Assembly (NCBI GenBank): GCA_002633005.1
Contig: NMRA01000480.1
Coordinates: forward strand, 192,172 to 256,171
Length of the DNA stretch: 64,000 bases
Source of the DNA: Phoronis australis
Taxonomy: Eukaryota; Animalia; Phoronida
Direction of reading: 5' to 3'
This document shows, in pieces, positions 63,216-64,000 of the stretch. Under the pieces are notes generated by a model. That model ran no database searches, had not been told where the DNA came from, and was given only the letters and a program-made list of their open reading frames with translations. Within the stretch, counting starts at the first letter, position 1. Every line of letters starts with the position of its first letter. The position numbers and the translations under genes were made by a program.

Positions 63216-64000
63216 TTATGCCCAGAGCAACAAGAAAATAAAAAATGAAAGCCCTCTGAAGAGCGACACCTGGTGAAAGACATTAGAAATTCAAAGGTGA
63301 GAATGACGACAAAACCAACATAAACAATGACGTCTCTGACACTTATTACACTGACGTATTAGATATCCCGTAAGACCATCTATTTACGTACCAAATTTTA
63401 TACGTTCAGTCAAAGAGTCGCGGAGCTGGAGCTCCACAAGCATAATTCAAAAAATGACCGTTACAGCTTGCGTTCGATTTCGCCCAAGAACAAAAGCCCT
63501 TGGGCTATTGACCAACTTAGGTAGAAAAACGTTGATCAGACGAAAACTGAGATCTCTAGAACAAATCTGATAGGCTAACAAAGCAGCTATAAATAAAGAC
63601 AACAAAAGAGCAGTCACCTGAGCATTAAGAACCATTCCACGAGAAAATCAGAAGAAATGAAAAAATCACTCCAGGGTCATCTTCCATATTCAGTTTTAAC
63701 TTTGTGTATGTGATCACAGTGAGGCACTGATACAAAAATCACTAATTTTACACTTATTGGCCTCTTGCTTTGTTACCTACATGCCTTCAAAGGTTTACGA
63801 AGAAAATGAAAGTTTTTGCATAGAGAAAACAGCAATTTTCCAATATAAAAACAGGTAGATTGAATGCAATTAGAGAAAACACATAATGTGATTAGGAAGT
63901 GGAACATGAGGACTAACAAATAAAATTGATATTGATGACTTCGCCGTATTCTTCACGTGACAGAGTAGGTAAATCCGTAATTGATATTAATGACTTCGCC

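Overview
Eukaryotic, repeat-rich genomic DNA from a protostome-like invertebrate (inferred from the nAChR subtype and TE spectrum), with two assembly gaps. Two host genes can be rebuilt from splice sites. (1) A minus-strand nicotinic acetylcholine receptor alpha subunit: a 979-bp exon at 61105-62083 and the M4 exon at 47928-48077, across a 13-kb intron; the 5' exons were not found. Its M1-M2 selectivity motif reads KKK instead of GEK. (2) A plus-strand secreted protein of unrecognised family: TATA+Inr promoter at ~27770-27800 and phase-compatible exons 27843-27875, 34502-34677 and 36385-36620. The rest is transposons and tandem repeats: two full-length but defective Ty3/gypsy (Mag-like) LTR elements with 5-bp TSDs, a gypsy integrase remnant, three Penelope-like fragments (two with hammerhead-like motifs), two copies of a TTAA-flanked THAP-bearing Kolobok-like element, a hAT remnant, a Helentron-type HINE, a tRNA-derived SINE, LINE remnants and many mini/microsatellites. 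No CRISPR arrays, rRNA or bona fide tRNA genes were seen. All family assignments come from motif recognition by eye; no database searches were run.
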